Below are positions 14,666 to 24,669 of a stretch of 47,248 nt of DNA, in pieces. The notes below the pieces were generated by a model. It ran no database searches. It saw only the letters and a program-made list of their open reading frames with translations, and was not told the DNA's origin. The DNA lies in IMG/VR virus record IMGVR_UViG_2721755657_000003; one strand, 5' to 3'. How positions within the stretch are numbered: the first letter of the stretch is position 1; every line of letters starts with the position of its first letter. This stretch comes from a virus. Taxonomy: Duplodnaviria > Heunggongvirae > Uroviricota > Caudoviricetes. Both the position numbers and the translations under genes were made by a program.

Positions 14666-15628
14666 TCAACTAATCGCCTCAGCACTGGCTTTTGCGATCA
14701 CGGCAGCCGGGGAATTTTTTTTTCTGGTTATCGTAGGTGCTTCATCTGCTGCGGTAATGCTCAATTGAACCTGGATAATGTCGCTATTACCCCCATCAGG
14801 CCATTCACCTGACACCTGAACCTTCGGGAAACTGAAAGTGTATGCACCCTCTCCATTCGAAAGCGTGAAGCTGAACGGAACTGTTTCTCCAGTCAGTGTT
14901 TTACTCCAGATTTCCCACGCGGCTTTAGACCATGAAAGCGTCACCGTACCGGACGGTGTAAAAGTAGTCGGAATATTTGCTCCTGCATAAGGCGAGCCAG
15001 TCCCGATACAACGCTGTGTCTGGAGTTTGTTATCGAACTGAATATCAAAACTGTCGATACAAAAACCGTTACCTCCGGCAACACCATTCAGGCTTACTGC
15101 TGAAACCTCCTTAAACGAATAACGTAGCTTTCCTGCACTATCCACAGGTTCGCCTTTGATAAAATTCGTATCATCGGCCTTTGATTCCCAGTCCAGTCCG
15201 GCAAAGGTTACGGTCGCTGTAATATCGCCGTCGTTAGGGATCTGCATTTTCCATGAGCCAACCTGCGCTCCTCTGACGACAGAGGCAATTCCGACATCGG
15301 ACGCATAGGTCGCTAGAGAAAATGTTATTCGCTCATTCCCCATTGTCAGAGAATCGCCTGACCATTCCGCGCCGAAACAGGATGCAAGAAAATCATCATG
15401 TTGACCCCAGCGAAATTTGGTACCAACATCACCGCCGACATCCACAGTGCCAGGCGTCGCCCCCTGAGCCATCCGGGAGCCACCAATCTCATTATTTTCG
15501 CCTTTATTCTGGGTGGGTTTTACTCCCCAGCTTGTGCGTTTTAATAAACTCCAGTCACCACTTGCTGGCGTAGTGCCTGCAACCGTCTCCCGGATAAATG
15601 CCGAGATAACCTTTGCACCTGAACTCAC
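14666..15628 (-). CDS. major tail tube protein (V-analogue with C-terminal Ig-like extension)
   Basis: 320-aa ORF directly upstream of G/GT; beta-rich, Thr/Ser/Gly-rich C-terminal part; synteny with lambda V. Confidence 0.65.
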   Translation of the reverse strand: MSSGAKVISAFIRETVAGTTPASGDWSLLKRTSWGVKPTQNKGENNEIGGSRMAQGATPGTVDVGGDVGTKFRWGQHDDFLASCFGAEWSGDSLTMGNERITFSLATYASDVGIASVVRGAQVGSWKMQIPNDGDITATVTFAGLDWESKADDTNFIKGEPVDSAGKLRYSFKEVSAVSLNGVAGGNGFCIDSFDIQFDNKLQTQRCIGTGSPYAGANIPTTFTPSGTVTLSWSKAAWEIWSKTLTGETVPFSFTLSNGEGAYTFSFPKVQVSGEWPDGGNSDIIQVQLSITAADEAPTITRKKNSPAAVIAKASAEAIS

Positions 15629-15654
15629 AGGAGCCTCCTATGTCATTAATTGCG

Positions 15655-16047
15655 CTAGAGCGCGCGATATGGAATTTGAAGATTAAGCTGGAACCAGCCA
15701 TTCTTTTCGCCAACGGCTATTGAGGAAACAGCCTGGTAACTGAGACGATCGTCATCCTGAAACTCAAACAGTTCCCGCAATTTATCGGCTGTCTCAGTAA
15801 TGAGTTTTGAACCAGAACCTGCGGGGACAAATAACTGAATAATGATTATCCCCGTGCGATAAACAACCGGCCCCGCGCCAATTTCATTAACTCCAGCCTG
15901 CCCGGGAATATTACTTAACCGCGCCCAGATTAACTTACCGGAAGGATCGAACGTTGGCCCGTTCGGATACAATACGTCTTTTCCATCAATAATCGTCTGT
16001 GCCGTCATTCTGGAAATAACCGTATTTCTGATTTCAGTAAACTTCAT
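15655..16047 (-). CDS. tail terminator protein (U-analogue)
   Basis: 130-aa ORF between the head-tail joining genes and the major tail gene; positional inference only. Confidence 0.45.
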   Translation of the reverse strand: MKFTEIRNTVISRMTAQTIIDGKDVLYPNGPTFDPSGKLIWARLSNIPGQAGVNEIGAGPVVYRTGIIIIQLFVPAGSGSKLITETADKLRELFEFQDDDRLSYQAVSSIAVGEKNGWFQLNLQIPYRAL

Positions 16048-16424
16048 TTGTAAGCCTGTAAAACACCATGAAAAGCGTTGGCATACACGCCAGTTGGCGC
16101 TTGTTGTGAATGACCGTTTTCAAGAGCCTCTGCATAAGGAAGGTTATTCTGGATATAAATAACCCCGTAATTTGCAGCTTTCGAAATAACCCCGATCCCA
16201 CGCTGAACAGCAATCGTACCGTTCGGATCCACGTTATCAGATATACCAAAATCGGGATGCTGTAACGACACCAGGTTGTTATTTCTGAAACGTCCGGTAT
16301 CAACCGGAGCAGCAATATCAATAGCAGTAAGAATCTGAATAGCGATGTAGCGAATCTTCAGCCCTACATCTTCCTCAATCATCCCGGCAAATATTGACGG
16401 TTCTATATCCCATGCCTTTGCCAT
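16044..16424 (-). CDS. tail completion / neck protein (Z-analogue)
   Basis: 126-aa ORF, overlapping stop/start with neighbours in the head-tail joining block. Confidence 0.45.
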   Translation of the reverse strand: MAKAWDIEPSIFAGMIEEDVGLKIRYIAIQILTAIDIAAPVDTGRFRNNNLVSLQHPDFGISDNVDPNGTIAVQRGIGVISKAANYGVIYIQNNLPYAEALENGHSQQAPTGVYANAFHGVLQAYK

Positions 16425-16808
16425 TTACGCTCTCCTTAACTGGATAGAGTAAACTGATGCGGAAGGATCTACACTTGCTGTAATTACCTCGTATCGTTGT
16501 AACTGCCTTGATACAGGATCATAAATCTCAATAATATGGTCGACAGCTGGTTTATCCGTAACCTCGCATACCAGAGCGGTTAATTTAAGGTCACCATGCA
16601 AAATATTAATCCCATCAATTCTGCCCAGCTTATAACGTGTCAACACGCCTCGCCCGGTATAGATTGCGGTGGATTCGCCGCCAGTTTCCGTCACAGGATC
16701 CCAGTGCCGGTGCGTAACGTAAGAACCAGAAAAATCACTCACGGCGTCCGCTAAATCCTCATCAAAAGCAGCGGCAACCTCTGACTGAATCTCTTCACGA
16801 AGCCCCAT
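16425..16808 (-). CDS. head-tail joining (head closure) protein
   Basis: 127-aa ORF in the capsid-to-tail connector block; synteny only. Confidence 0.4.
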   Translation of the reverse strand: MGLREEIQSEVAAAFDEDLADAVSDFSGSYVTHRHWDPVTETGGESTAIYTGRGVLTRYKLGRIDGINILHGDLKLTALVCEVTDKPAVDHIIEIYDPVSRQLQRYEVITASVDPSASVYSIQLRRA

Positions 16809-17203
16809 TATCCCCCCCTCACAACCCTGACTTGTGAGCGACTAAGTCCGTACGGTTTCAGCAGTGCTATCGCAAGCTGTAAATCGGGTTCAAGCAATGC
16901 AGTGCTGTTTGCTGGCAACTCAGAAAATGATTTCGATACACTGACCCCGTCAGCCGACACGGCTTTACTGATAACAACGCCAGAATCATTTTTCTGCTGA
17001 AACAACTTACCGAATGAGGCAATTCTGGCTGCATATGCTCCCGCAAGTTTTACCTCTTCAGGAATACGGGATGGGTTAATTTTCAGGTTGAAGCCATTAA
17101 GCCAGGCATTAGCCATTAAAACAGCTTTATTTTTAGCGTTCTCACTCGTCCAGGCGTTCCCAAACGCATTATCAACGTCATCACAGGTCACGTAAGTGAT
17201 CAT
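16808..17203 (-). CDS. head-tail adaptor protein
   Basis: 131-aa ORF following the capsid gene; synteny only. Confidence 0.4.
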   Translation of the reverse strand: MITYVTCDDVDNAFGNAWTSENAKNKAVLMANAWLNGFNLKINPSRIPEEVKLAGAYAARIASFGKLFQQKNDSGVVISKAVSADGVSVSKSFSELPANSTALLEPDLQLAIALLKPYGLSRSQVRVVRGG

Positions 17204-17206
17204 GTG

Positions 17207-17383
17207 TTACTCCTGAGTTTTCCAGCCCATAGCCTTCCAGTTGTCAACTTCATCAGGATGAACATTAGCGATAGTTGGTGCGCCGGGAAACATCTGATAA
17301 TCGGTCACCATAACCACTAACTCAATTTGCGTTTTTTGTGCGGCTTCACGCTGTGCTCTTTGCTCTTTAGTTAATCCGGCCAT
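17207..17383 (-). CDS. small hypothetical head-region protein (58 aa, below the ORF-track cutoff)
   Basis: Hand-translated minus-strand ORF MAGLTKEQRAQREAAQKTQIELVVMVTDYQMFPGAPTIANVHPDEVDNWKAMGWKTQE filling the gap between capsid and adaptor genes. Confidence 0.3.
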   Translation of the reverse strand: MAGLTKEQRAQREAAQKTQIELVVMVTDYQMFPGAPTIANVHPDEVDNWKAMGWKTQE

Positions 17384-17425
17384 ATGCCCCCCATTAAAAA
17401 TGGGGCCGAAGCCCCGTTTGAATGT

Positions 17426-18567
17426 TTAACCAAGAATCAGACAACCATGTGCCGGCTTCACTGATGAAACACCCCATGCCAGTCCAACTTCATAGCGCAC
17501 CTGGCGATACTGACGATACAGTGCAATCTGGAACGTAATCCCTGAAATCGGGTCCGTAACATTCATTACATCATCAGCATTATCGCCACCTTCCGGCATT
17601 GCCGGAGTACGGGATGCCAGCAGAAACGCGTTGCGATCAAACGCCATATTTGCAGTAAAGGCCCCAACAACTGTGATGGCAGTATCATCGGCCAGATCCT
17701 GACGCAGTCCGGGCGCTGCAAGAGTAATCAGATTGCTGGTCGCTGCTGCCACAACATACTGATTCGGATCACCAGCGAACGTAACAATCTGACCTGCAGA
17801 AATACTCCCCGAACCAGTATCAATGGAAATAAGAACATCGCCTTCTTTTTTCTCTCCATTCACGAGATAACCAGTTGCAGCAACCTTTGGCGCTCGTTTC
17901 ACACCTGCCGAACTGTGAATATTGAATCCCTCCAGACGCCCCAACACGCCCTCACGCAGTAGCTGTTCAGTGCCGGATTCATTCACTTTAAACAATACAG
18001 ACTGTTTTCCGCGCAAATTAGCAATGGCAGTGGAGCCAAGCACCATCTGCAGATCGGTTGTCGGTGCGCCGTTATCCTCCAGAACCTGACGAGCCAGAGC
18101 AGCATCAGAAAGATCATCTTTAACACCAAACGGCGTTGTCCCTGCGGTTCCCACGGCGCGGGAAGCACCGAAATACAACGCACCAAGATCAGCCTCAACC
18201 TCGTTTGCAAGGGCGCGAAAAGCCTGCTTGAACTGATCAGCCAGAATGGTGTTGTAAGTCCCTGAAGGGCCAAGAGCCAGTTGTTCTTCACCATTCCATT
18301 TAACCGGTGCCATTTTGGATTTAGTAATTTTTACATCAACAGTGCCAATATTTTGATCACCGGTATTCGGAGCTGACGGCCCCGGTACGATATCTTCGGT
18401 TTTCGCCTCAGGCGCAACTGGCGCGGTTACCGTCTGATCTTTTGCTGCGGCGTCAGCTTTTGCGTTTTTTGCTACCGCAGGGATAAAACCTACCTGCTCA
18501 CGGGATACAACATCCAGGGCGGTATAAATAGTCGGGATCAACCCGGTCAGGGTATTTCCAGCCATAA
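17426..18567 (-). CDS. major capsid protein
   Basis: ORF-track ORF 17426..18658 trimmed to the ATG at 18567 (MAGNTLTGLIPTIY...), which has an AAGGA RBS 8 nt upstream; 380 aa, downstream of scaffold; not lambda E-like. Confidence 0.7.
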
Positions 18568-18663
18568 TTAAATATTCCTTAAAAATTTGCGTAATTGTGA
18601 ATAGATGGAGTAATGAGCTATCCAGCCCTGACACCAGCTCCCATCCGGAAGCTGACAAATGTG

Positions 18664-19428
18664 TTAATCAACAATTGTGATACCGTCTTTCAATGCGTTT
18701 TGCTTACCTGCAACATCCAGTGCATCAAAAGCAGAGCGTTTCATCGTTTTCTGACCAACATCATGCTGTGTCGGACGGGAGCCGCCGCCATTGTTGCCAC
18801 TGGCTTTCAGGATGTAGTCTTTCTGAGGGTAATTTTCGACGAGGAACTCCAGCGCCTCATCAAACTGCGCCAGTTCGCCAGGCTTCGCGCGGGAATAAAT
18901 TTTGTTGCCGGAAGCGTCATAAGCAACGATCTTCCCTTCTTCCACTTTGAATGCCTGCCCGAAGCGGGCTTGTAATAAATCTGCCGGGATCGCAATTTTA
19001 TCGGCAATATATTTTGAACCCGCAAAACTACCGCCAATCATAGAATCGTAAAGCTGCGTCTCCAGCATCTGAGAGCGTTGCTTTTCTTCATCTAATTGCT
19101 GCTGAAAATTTTTCGTAATTTCTGCCTTAACCTGGTCAACCTGTCCCGCATCGATCAGCTTTTTCTGGTCGATTTTTGACAGCATTTCCAGTGCCTCGAT
19201 CGCCTTCTTCGGGTCTTCGATAGCGGCAAACTTAGCCAGTTTTTCCTCTGCAGCTTCTTTAGCCAGGCGATGATTTTTTGCCTCGCCATTAAGCTCTGTA
19301 ATTTTTTTTATCGCCAGCGGTGCATCGAAGCCGATTTCTTTACCATCGTCGTGCACATAAACTGGCAGGCCAGCAGTATCAATTTCTGCGTATTGTTTTC
19401 CGTTAATCTCGACCGTTTTCAGTTTCAT
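18664..19428 (-). CDS. capsid scaffolding protein
   Basis: Alpha-helical, charged ORF (MKLKTVEINGKQYAEIDTAG...) between the MuF-like and capsid genes; start moved to 19428 so the ORF does not run through the upstream terminator hairpin. Confidence 0.6.
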   Translation of the reverse strand: MKLKTVEINGKQYAEIDTAGLPVYVHDDGKEIGFDAPLAIKKITELNGEAKNHRLAKEAAEEKLAKFAAIEDPKKAIEALEMLSKIDQKKLIDAGQVDQVKAEITKNFQQQLDEEKQRSQMLETQLYDSMIGGSFAGSKYIADKIAIPADLLQARFGQAFKVEEGKIVAYDASGNKIYSRAKPGELAQFDEALEFLVENYPQKDYILKASGNNGGGSRPTQHDVGQKTMKRSAFDALDVAGKQNALKDGITIVD

Positions 19429-19485
19429 ATTAGTACCTGGTTTAAGTCTTCCGACAGTTACGCTGCTCACCATCCGGATCGCAGC

Positions 19486-19512
19486 AATAAAAAAGGCCAC
19501 CCGAAGGTAGCC
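19486..19512 (-). terminator. intrinsic terminator-like hairpin inside the late operon
   Basis: Minus strand GGCUACC-UUCG-GGUGGCC (7-bp stem, UUCG tetraloop) followed by UUUUUUAUU, between the MuF-like gene stop and the scaffold start. Confidence 0.5.
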
Positions 19513-19532
19513 TGTTGTAATAAATGATTTAT

Positions 19533-20648
19533 TTAAATCCCTGCTTTTCTGAATACCTGTGCATCACGCTCACGGAGTTGCTTCAGCGTCAGCCATTCGC
19601 CTTTATCGGTGTAAAATTCATCTGGCGACATACCGCCATCCCGAATCAGCTTTGCCCGGGTTTCCCCCACAATCTGTTTTTGTCTGGTGTAAGGCTGACG
19701 CAAAAACCATTCCCTGTAGGTTGTATCTCCGGCCACCACGCCATCCATGCTGGCCCGCTCAGCCGGGGAAATATCACGAACATCAATACCCAGTTCCTTC
19801 GCTGATTTCAGAATGAACGTTTCCGTTGAGCGGCAGCAGAAATGAATTTTTCCCGGCCCATGCAAATAAGGCACACTGTGACCTACAGGTTTATTATCCA
19901 GCGTATATTTGAGGCGATCCCTGATTCGACATTGTGGCGTAGTACGATTATCAAGCGTTGATAACCATTGCTTACCCTTAATCAAATCATTATTCGCGCT
20001 GGCAAAACTCTCACGGGCAGTAGCAGCAAGATGTCCAACCGCTGTTTTTGCAATGCTGGCCGCATTAGCCCGGCTCATCTGCAATGCACCATCCTGAAAT
20101 CCCTTGCTGACATGTCCCCGAATTTTTCTTGCGATCTGCTCATTGGTATCCCCCAGCAAAAAACCCTGACGCACCGTATTTGTTATGCGTCTGAGCCGAT
20201 CCGCCTCAAGATCCAAGGCCCACTCACTGAGCAGTCGTCCCTGGAATGGTCGCGCCATTGCAGCGGCGTAAAGTGCATCAGAAGATATACCAACCAGAGG
20301 GTGAACATCAGCAACAAAATCAGGTAGCAGAGAATCAAACAGACTTAACTGATAACCAGCCTCATAAATTGCCAGCTCGTTCAGCTCTCCGGAGAGACTG
20401 GTAAACATGCTGTTAATAGCAGCGCGGTTAACCTCTCTGACACTCGCCAGAAGTGACTCTAGGCGCGTAACGGTAAAACTACCAGGATCGAGGCTGTCCA
20501 GTGCTACCAGCAGGCGAGCTGTAAGCTCCGCATCGCTGTCATTCAGTATTTTCACCATTCTGGCAGCCACACCAGTGCTATAGCGGGATATCCAGACTGC
20601 ATGAGCAATTGATTCATCACGCAGCCGTTCATTCACGGTTTGCATCAT
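19533..20648 (-). CDS. head morphogenesis protein (phage Mu F-like minor head protein)
   Basis: 371-aa ORF immediately downstream of and overlapping the portal gene; typical portal/MuF-like/scaffold/capsid order. Confidence 0.65.
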   Translation of the reverse strand: MMQTVNERLRDESIAHAVWISRYSTGVAARMVKILNDSDAELTARLLVALDSLDPGSFTVTRLESLLASVREVNRAAINSMFTSLSGELNELAIYEAGYQLSLFDSLLPDFVADVHPLVGISSDALYAAAMARPFQGRLLSEWALDLEADRLRRITNTVRQGFLLGDTNEQIARKIRGHVSKGFQDGALQMSRANAASIAKTAVGHLAATARESFASANNDLIKGKQWLSTLDNRTTPQCRIRDRLKYTLDNKPVGHSVPYLHGPGKIHFCCRSTETFILKSAKELGIDVRDISPAERASMDGVVAGDTTYREWFLRQPYTRQKQIVGETRAKLIRDGGMSPDEFYTDKGEWLTLKQLRERDAQVFRKAGI

Positions 20649-22035
20649 TGATTTCCATCAACATTACACTCTGATTTTTTAATTCATCGATCACATCCTC
20701 TGGACGGGAATCCTGATCGATAAATTTCAACGCCTGCAACACCCGAACCGCATCAATCTGACGTATATCACCGCCCTGACGCAATGACTGAACAGCCAGC
20801 GCGGAGGATGAGTCAAACACCTGGGCAGATACATCCAGTTCAGTGCGCACATCCACATTGCCACCGCAACTCTCTCCGCTCCATTCCGCCATTATCTGGA
20901 GAATATTATCGAGGGCATCTTCGAGGGAGTTCGCCATTGTATAAAGCGGCGAGTGTTCCTGCATCCGCTCTTCATTAGTCTGATCAACAGATTTGGTGGA
21001 TGTATTTTCAGCCCGCAGAAGTTTAGCGCCGGCATGACGCATCTGATTTTCCAGCTTCTCAAGTGATGTTTCGCCAGATTCTATCGCTGCGCCACTATGT
21101 TCAACATATTCGAGGCCATTTTTTGTTCTGTCCTCAAAAATCGTAGCCGTGGATGCACCAACCGTCAGTTCTTCATTCCTGTCCAGCCCGTAGGCCACCA
21201 GCAATGGAACGCGGGCAACATGAAGAATATTGTCCTGCTCGCTCTGGCTTTGCCAGTGCTTGATATTCAGCAAGCCAAGATTAAGCAATGGCGGTGTACC
21301 ACGCATAAACCCTGTTTTCTTCGTATACAGTGTTACCAGAGGAATATCATCACGGCTGGTATTCCATGACTCATGAAGCATCCAGACAGATTCGCCATTA
21401 GTACCTTCGCTGCGTCGATAAATTTCTACTCGACGGGGCATAATATGGCGGATCTGCTCCACCTTCTTCTGCCCGAAATCATCACCATCAATAATGATGA
21501 CCTCTTTTATACGCAAATCAGTGAGAACAACTTTCCCTTTTTCAACTTTCGATTTCCATCCAATAACCTGGCGTGGATTCAGCATCGTAACGTACGGGCG
21601 ACCACCGGCCGCGTTTTCATCGGCTTTTGTCCGAATCTCGTTCATATCCGTTCGTGGATAGTCCACCAGCGCATGTGCCACACCATACTGAAATGCGAGA
21701 CTGAAAAATTGCTGCGCCCACACATCCAGTCGGCTCCCCTCCATGTCGATATTTTCTGCATATTCCCTGATTTTTTCCGGCGTTTCCTCACTCAATACTG
21801 TCGGCTCTGCAAATATGCGCCCAATATTTTGTTTGATGCTTTCTTCATACACAGGAAGTAACGTAGCCACAGACAGGCGTTTTTTATAAGCGTCTTCATC
21901 TTCATTAGGCCATTTGGGGAGATAATTTTCCCCCTGCCTGCGCATTTCAAGCGTACCGCCCATCAATGCGTCGTTAATATCCCACGCCTCCAGCATATCG
22001 TTATAGTCGAGGTTGGGTGTTGATATATCAGCCAT
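20629..22035 (-). CDS. portal protein
   Basis: 468-aa ORF directly after the large terminase gene; size and position typical of portal. Confidence 0.8.
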   Translation of the reverse strand: MADISTPNLDYNDMLEAWDINDALMGGTLEMRRQGENYLPKWPNEDEDAYKKRLSVATLLPVYEESIKQNIGRIFAEPTVLSEETPEKIREYAENIDMEGSRLDVWAQQFFSLAFQYGVAHALVDYPRTDMNEIRTKADENAAGGRPYVTMLNPRQVIGWKSKVEKGKVVLTDLRIKEVIIIDGDDFGQKKVEQIRHIMPRRVEIYRRSEGTNGESVWMLHESWNTSRDDIPLVTLYTKKTGFMRGTPPLLNLGLLNIKHWQSQSEQDNILHVARVPLLVAYGLDRNEELTVGASTATIFEDRTKNGLEYVEHSGAAIESGETSLEKLENQMRHAGAKLLRAENTSTKSVDQTNEERMQEHSPLYTMANSLEDALDNILQIMAEWSGESCGGNVDVRTELDVSAQVFDSSSALAVQSLRQGGDIRQIDAVRVLQALKFIDQDSRPEDVIDELKNQSVMLMEINDANRE

Positions 22036-22037
22036 AA

Positions 22038-23348
22038 TTAAATCCGAAGTGATGTGACTCTTCCGGTCGGTTTGACAATAGGGAATTGCTTAACGATGAA
22101 ATAACCTCCGGCATCATTCGGGTGATCATTGCCAGATTTTTTATCAGGCTCCCCCTTATCATCCCAGACCTGTTGCTCCAGAGATTCGGCATATACCGGA
22201 CAACGCTTCACATTAACTTTATAGCGACGCTCACCATTGGCATTGCAGAACATTGCATTCATTGAGTTAACGCGATCTTTTACTGGCGGGTTCGAGCTGT
22301 TCACCACAACGTTAAAACCTGCCTGCTTAAGCTGGGCTATATCCGTCGTACTTGCGTTACTTGATTTTCTGGAATCTCCGGAAGCATCTGGATAAATATA
22401 AATCTCCCTCACTTTCCGGTAATCATGCCCGTCATACAGCCAGAAGCGTTCTTTAATGAGGCGGATCATATCCGGCGTATCGTAGGCATTGATGATTTCA
22501 GTTACCGCACATGGAAGCCCCAAACGCAGCACATGGACGATTCCCGCCATCTTTCCAACGTTAAAATCCATCCCAATATAAATCGGCTCCCCTGGCTGCT
22601 CCACTTCTTCGCAATTATTCAGTTTCCGGTCAAACTGATGGTAAACAGTACCACTTGTCAGGTTAGTAAACCGTCCTAGAAGATAGGCTTTAATCAGCTC
22701 TGGAGGGTATGATTCAAGAAGTGAAGGAATGTAATCTGCTGGCAGGTTCTTTTCATTATCGAAAGTAGATGCCTGCACCAGACCATACAGTGAGGCCAGC
22801 TCTGTTTTTTCACGCACGGCTTTAACAAACTGCTCGTAGACAAATTTGAATCCTTCCGGCGTGGTTGTAACGTCAATACCGTTGCGAAGTCCATCAATCT
22901 TATAACGCATACGCGCAATTATCTTGCGCCACGCCGTTCTGGCTTTTTCCTTCGGCAAAATGTCCAGTTCATCCACCAGCGCATTACCAATTTTGAAACC
23001 GACGATCGTTTGTGGCTTCTCCATCGATCTGCAGATAGTGGTTCCCCGATACTGGCGTCCGTAATAAAAGTGAACCTCTTTATTTCCCTCATTAATTTTT
23101 ACGTTCAATCCCCAGTCAGCAGCAACTTCTTCCACTGTAGGGTAAAAAATATCGCGAATTTGGGGATACGTTGGCGCAAAATATCCCTGATTTATACCTG
23201 GATGCTCCCAAATCCCCTTGCATATGCCGCCACACCCAACCCATGTTTTGCCCGAGCCAAAACCAGCAATATAGGCTTTAAATTTATGGGGCATTGAAAG
23301 AAATCGCGCCTGAGGCACATTAAGCGTCGGAGAGATCATCTTCATCAC
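22038..23348 (-). CDS. terminase large subunit
   Basis: 436-aa ORF with N-terminal Walker A (AGFGSGKTWVG) and a C-terminal acidic nuclease-type region; overlaps the TerS end. Confidence 0.85.
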   Translation of the reverse strand: MMKMISPTLNVPQARFLSMPHKFKAYIAGFGSGKTWVGCGGICKGIWEHPGINQGYFAPTYPQIRDIFYPTVEEVAADWGLNVKINEGNKEVHFYYGRQYRGTTICRSMEKPQTIVGFKIGNALVDELDILPKEKARTAWRKIIARMRYKIDGLRNGIDVTTTPEGFKFVYEQFVKAVREKTELASLYGLVQASTFDNEKNLPADYIPSLLESYPPELIKAYLLGRFTNLTSGTVYHQFDRKLNNCEEVEQPGEPIYIGMDFNVGKMAGIVHVLRLGLPCAVTEIINAYDTPDMIRLIKERFWLYDGHDYRKVREIYIYPDASGDSRKSSNASTTDIAQLKQAGFNVVVNSSNPPVKDRVNSMNAMFCNANGERRYKVNVKRCPVYAESLEQQVWDDKGEPDKKSGNDHPNDAGGYFIVKQFPIVKPTGRVTSLRI

Positions 23349-24414
23349 TCCTTAATCTGGCATCAACCACATTAATATTGATCGCCACAGGCTGGGGATG
23401 TTCATTATCCTCCACCGTTTCGATCTCTTTGCGCAGCTTCTGGTTCTCTATTCTGCGCCGTTCAATTTCCAGTTCCTGTAGCCGCTTATCTGCACATAAT
23501 GCCCCGCCAGCAGAAAGCAAACGCAACAATTCACGCCGGGCGGCAGCCTTATCCTCCAGCAGGATCTCAACACCGTATTTTCCGAGCTTTGACCCTGCAT
23601 ATAATTGCCGCGCATCCCCATCAAGCAGTGTGGTATCAGCCATATAAAGCTGTCCTGTTCCCTCACCGCAGCACTTCGGGCAATCAGGATTGGGTATGGC
23701 GTTATCAACAAAGCCGAGGCCTCCATATTCCGGCTCGGGTTTACCATCTCTGGAGGCCTGTGCCGCAGCCTTATCGAATTCTGCAATATCACGCCACTGG
23801 TAGAGATGATTCTCGCCCCAGCAATAACGGCAGTTAACACGGCGAAATTGTGCCAACTGATTGGGGTCGGCCTGGACAATGGCCATCAACTGGCTCACCA
23901 GTAAATCCAGGTCTGCGGTATAGCGTTTCTGGTACTGATTGCGGAAGTAGCTGATAGCACGATAAACCCTGGCATTTCTAAGCATACGGCTGGCGTTGCT
24001 GTTAGCTGTCGCACCTTGCCCCTCATAACCAGCCAGTCGGTATGCCTCTGTCGGCTTTTTCCCCTGAGCAACCAACATGGCGAATTTTGCCTGCTGGTCA
24101 GAAATACCGAATTCATCGGGGCAGAACGAAATTTCTTCCGTGTCCCCCTCAATCAGGAGTGCATCGGATACAGCCTTTTTTTTCTGAGATTTTCCGTTCT
24201 GCCTTTGCGCAGTCTGCGCAGTTTTTTTTCGCGCACTTTTTTGCGCAGTTTTGCGCATTTCTTTCTGCGCATTTTTCGGAGTTTTTTTGATGTAACGACG
24301 GGCTGTTGCGTAGTTCAGTCCCCTTGCTTCACACCATGCCACCGGAGATATACCGGAGCGGGTGTATTCAGCAATATACTCCTGCTGCAACGCCCCCCAG
24401 TCCGGTCTGCTCAT
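23320..24414 (-). CDS. terminase small subunit (Terminase_2-like core with HTH N-terminus and basic low-complexity linker)
   Basis: 364-aa ORF upstream of TerL; central segment (DQQAKFAMLVAQGKKPTEAYRLAGYEG...) resembles small-terminase DNA-binding domains. Confidence 0.65.
   Translation of the reverse strand: MSRPDWGALQQEYIAEYTRSGISPVAWCEARGLNYATARRYIKKTPKNAQKEMRKTAQKSARKKTAQTAQRQNGKSQKKKAVSDALLIEGDTEEISFCPDEFGISDQQAKFAMLVAQGKKPTEAYRLAGYEGQGATANSNASRMLRNARVYRAISYFRNQYQKRYTADLDLLVSQLMAIVQADPNQLAQFRRVNCRYCWGENHLYQWRDIAEFDKAAAQASRDGKPEPEYGGLGFVDNAIPNPDCPKCCGEGTGQLYMADTTLLDGDARQLYAGSKLGKYGVEILLEDKAAARRELLRLLSAGGALCADKRLQELEIERRRIENQKLRKEIETVEDNEHPQPVAININVVDARLRSDEDDLSDA
24170..24290 (-). repeat. 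imperfect tandem TGCGCA(G)-T-run DNA repeats encoding the basic KTAQK-type linker of TerS
   Basis: Plus strand shows about six ctgcgca/ttgcgca units separated by T-runs. Confidence 0.6.
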
Positions 24415-24417
24415 CAG

Positions 24418-24669
24418 TTAGTCCTGATTTTTATCCACCCTGAGTAGTTCGCGCAGAGCAAAGGCATCCCCTTTTCTGGCAAGCTTAAACAATGCCGCTC
24501 GTAACTCGGCTTCACCTTTCGCTCTGCCCTTACGGATGGCCGCATAAAAATCTGTCATTGCTTCCCGATTTTCTTTCAGTCGGTTCAGATCAACATCCAG
24601 AACGTCAGCGATTTGTTGTGCAGTCATCCGGCACGCTGCCAGAGACTCGACTTTCGAATACGGAATCAT
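24418..24669 (-). CDS. hypothetical small protein upstream of TerS
   Basis: 83-aa ORF ending 3 nt before the TerS start; overlaps the 3' end of the 318-aa ORF, so the true start may be the internal Met at 24627. Confidence 0.4.
   Translation of the reverse strand: MIPYSKVESLAACRMTAQQIADVLDVDLNRLKENREAMTDFYAAIRKGRAKGEAELRAALFKLARKGDAFALRELLRVDKNQD

Noticed and set aside
16034-16321. 95-aa minus-strand ORF overlapping the Z-like gene in another frame
   Set aside because: Completely nested within a better-supported ORF of the conserved head-tail block; no independent start signals.
24016-24447. Plus-strand ORFs antisense to TerS
   Set aside because: Produced by the TGCGCA/T-run repeat region of TerS; low-complexity products.
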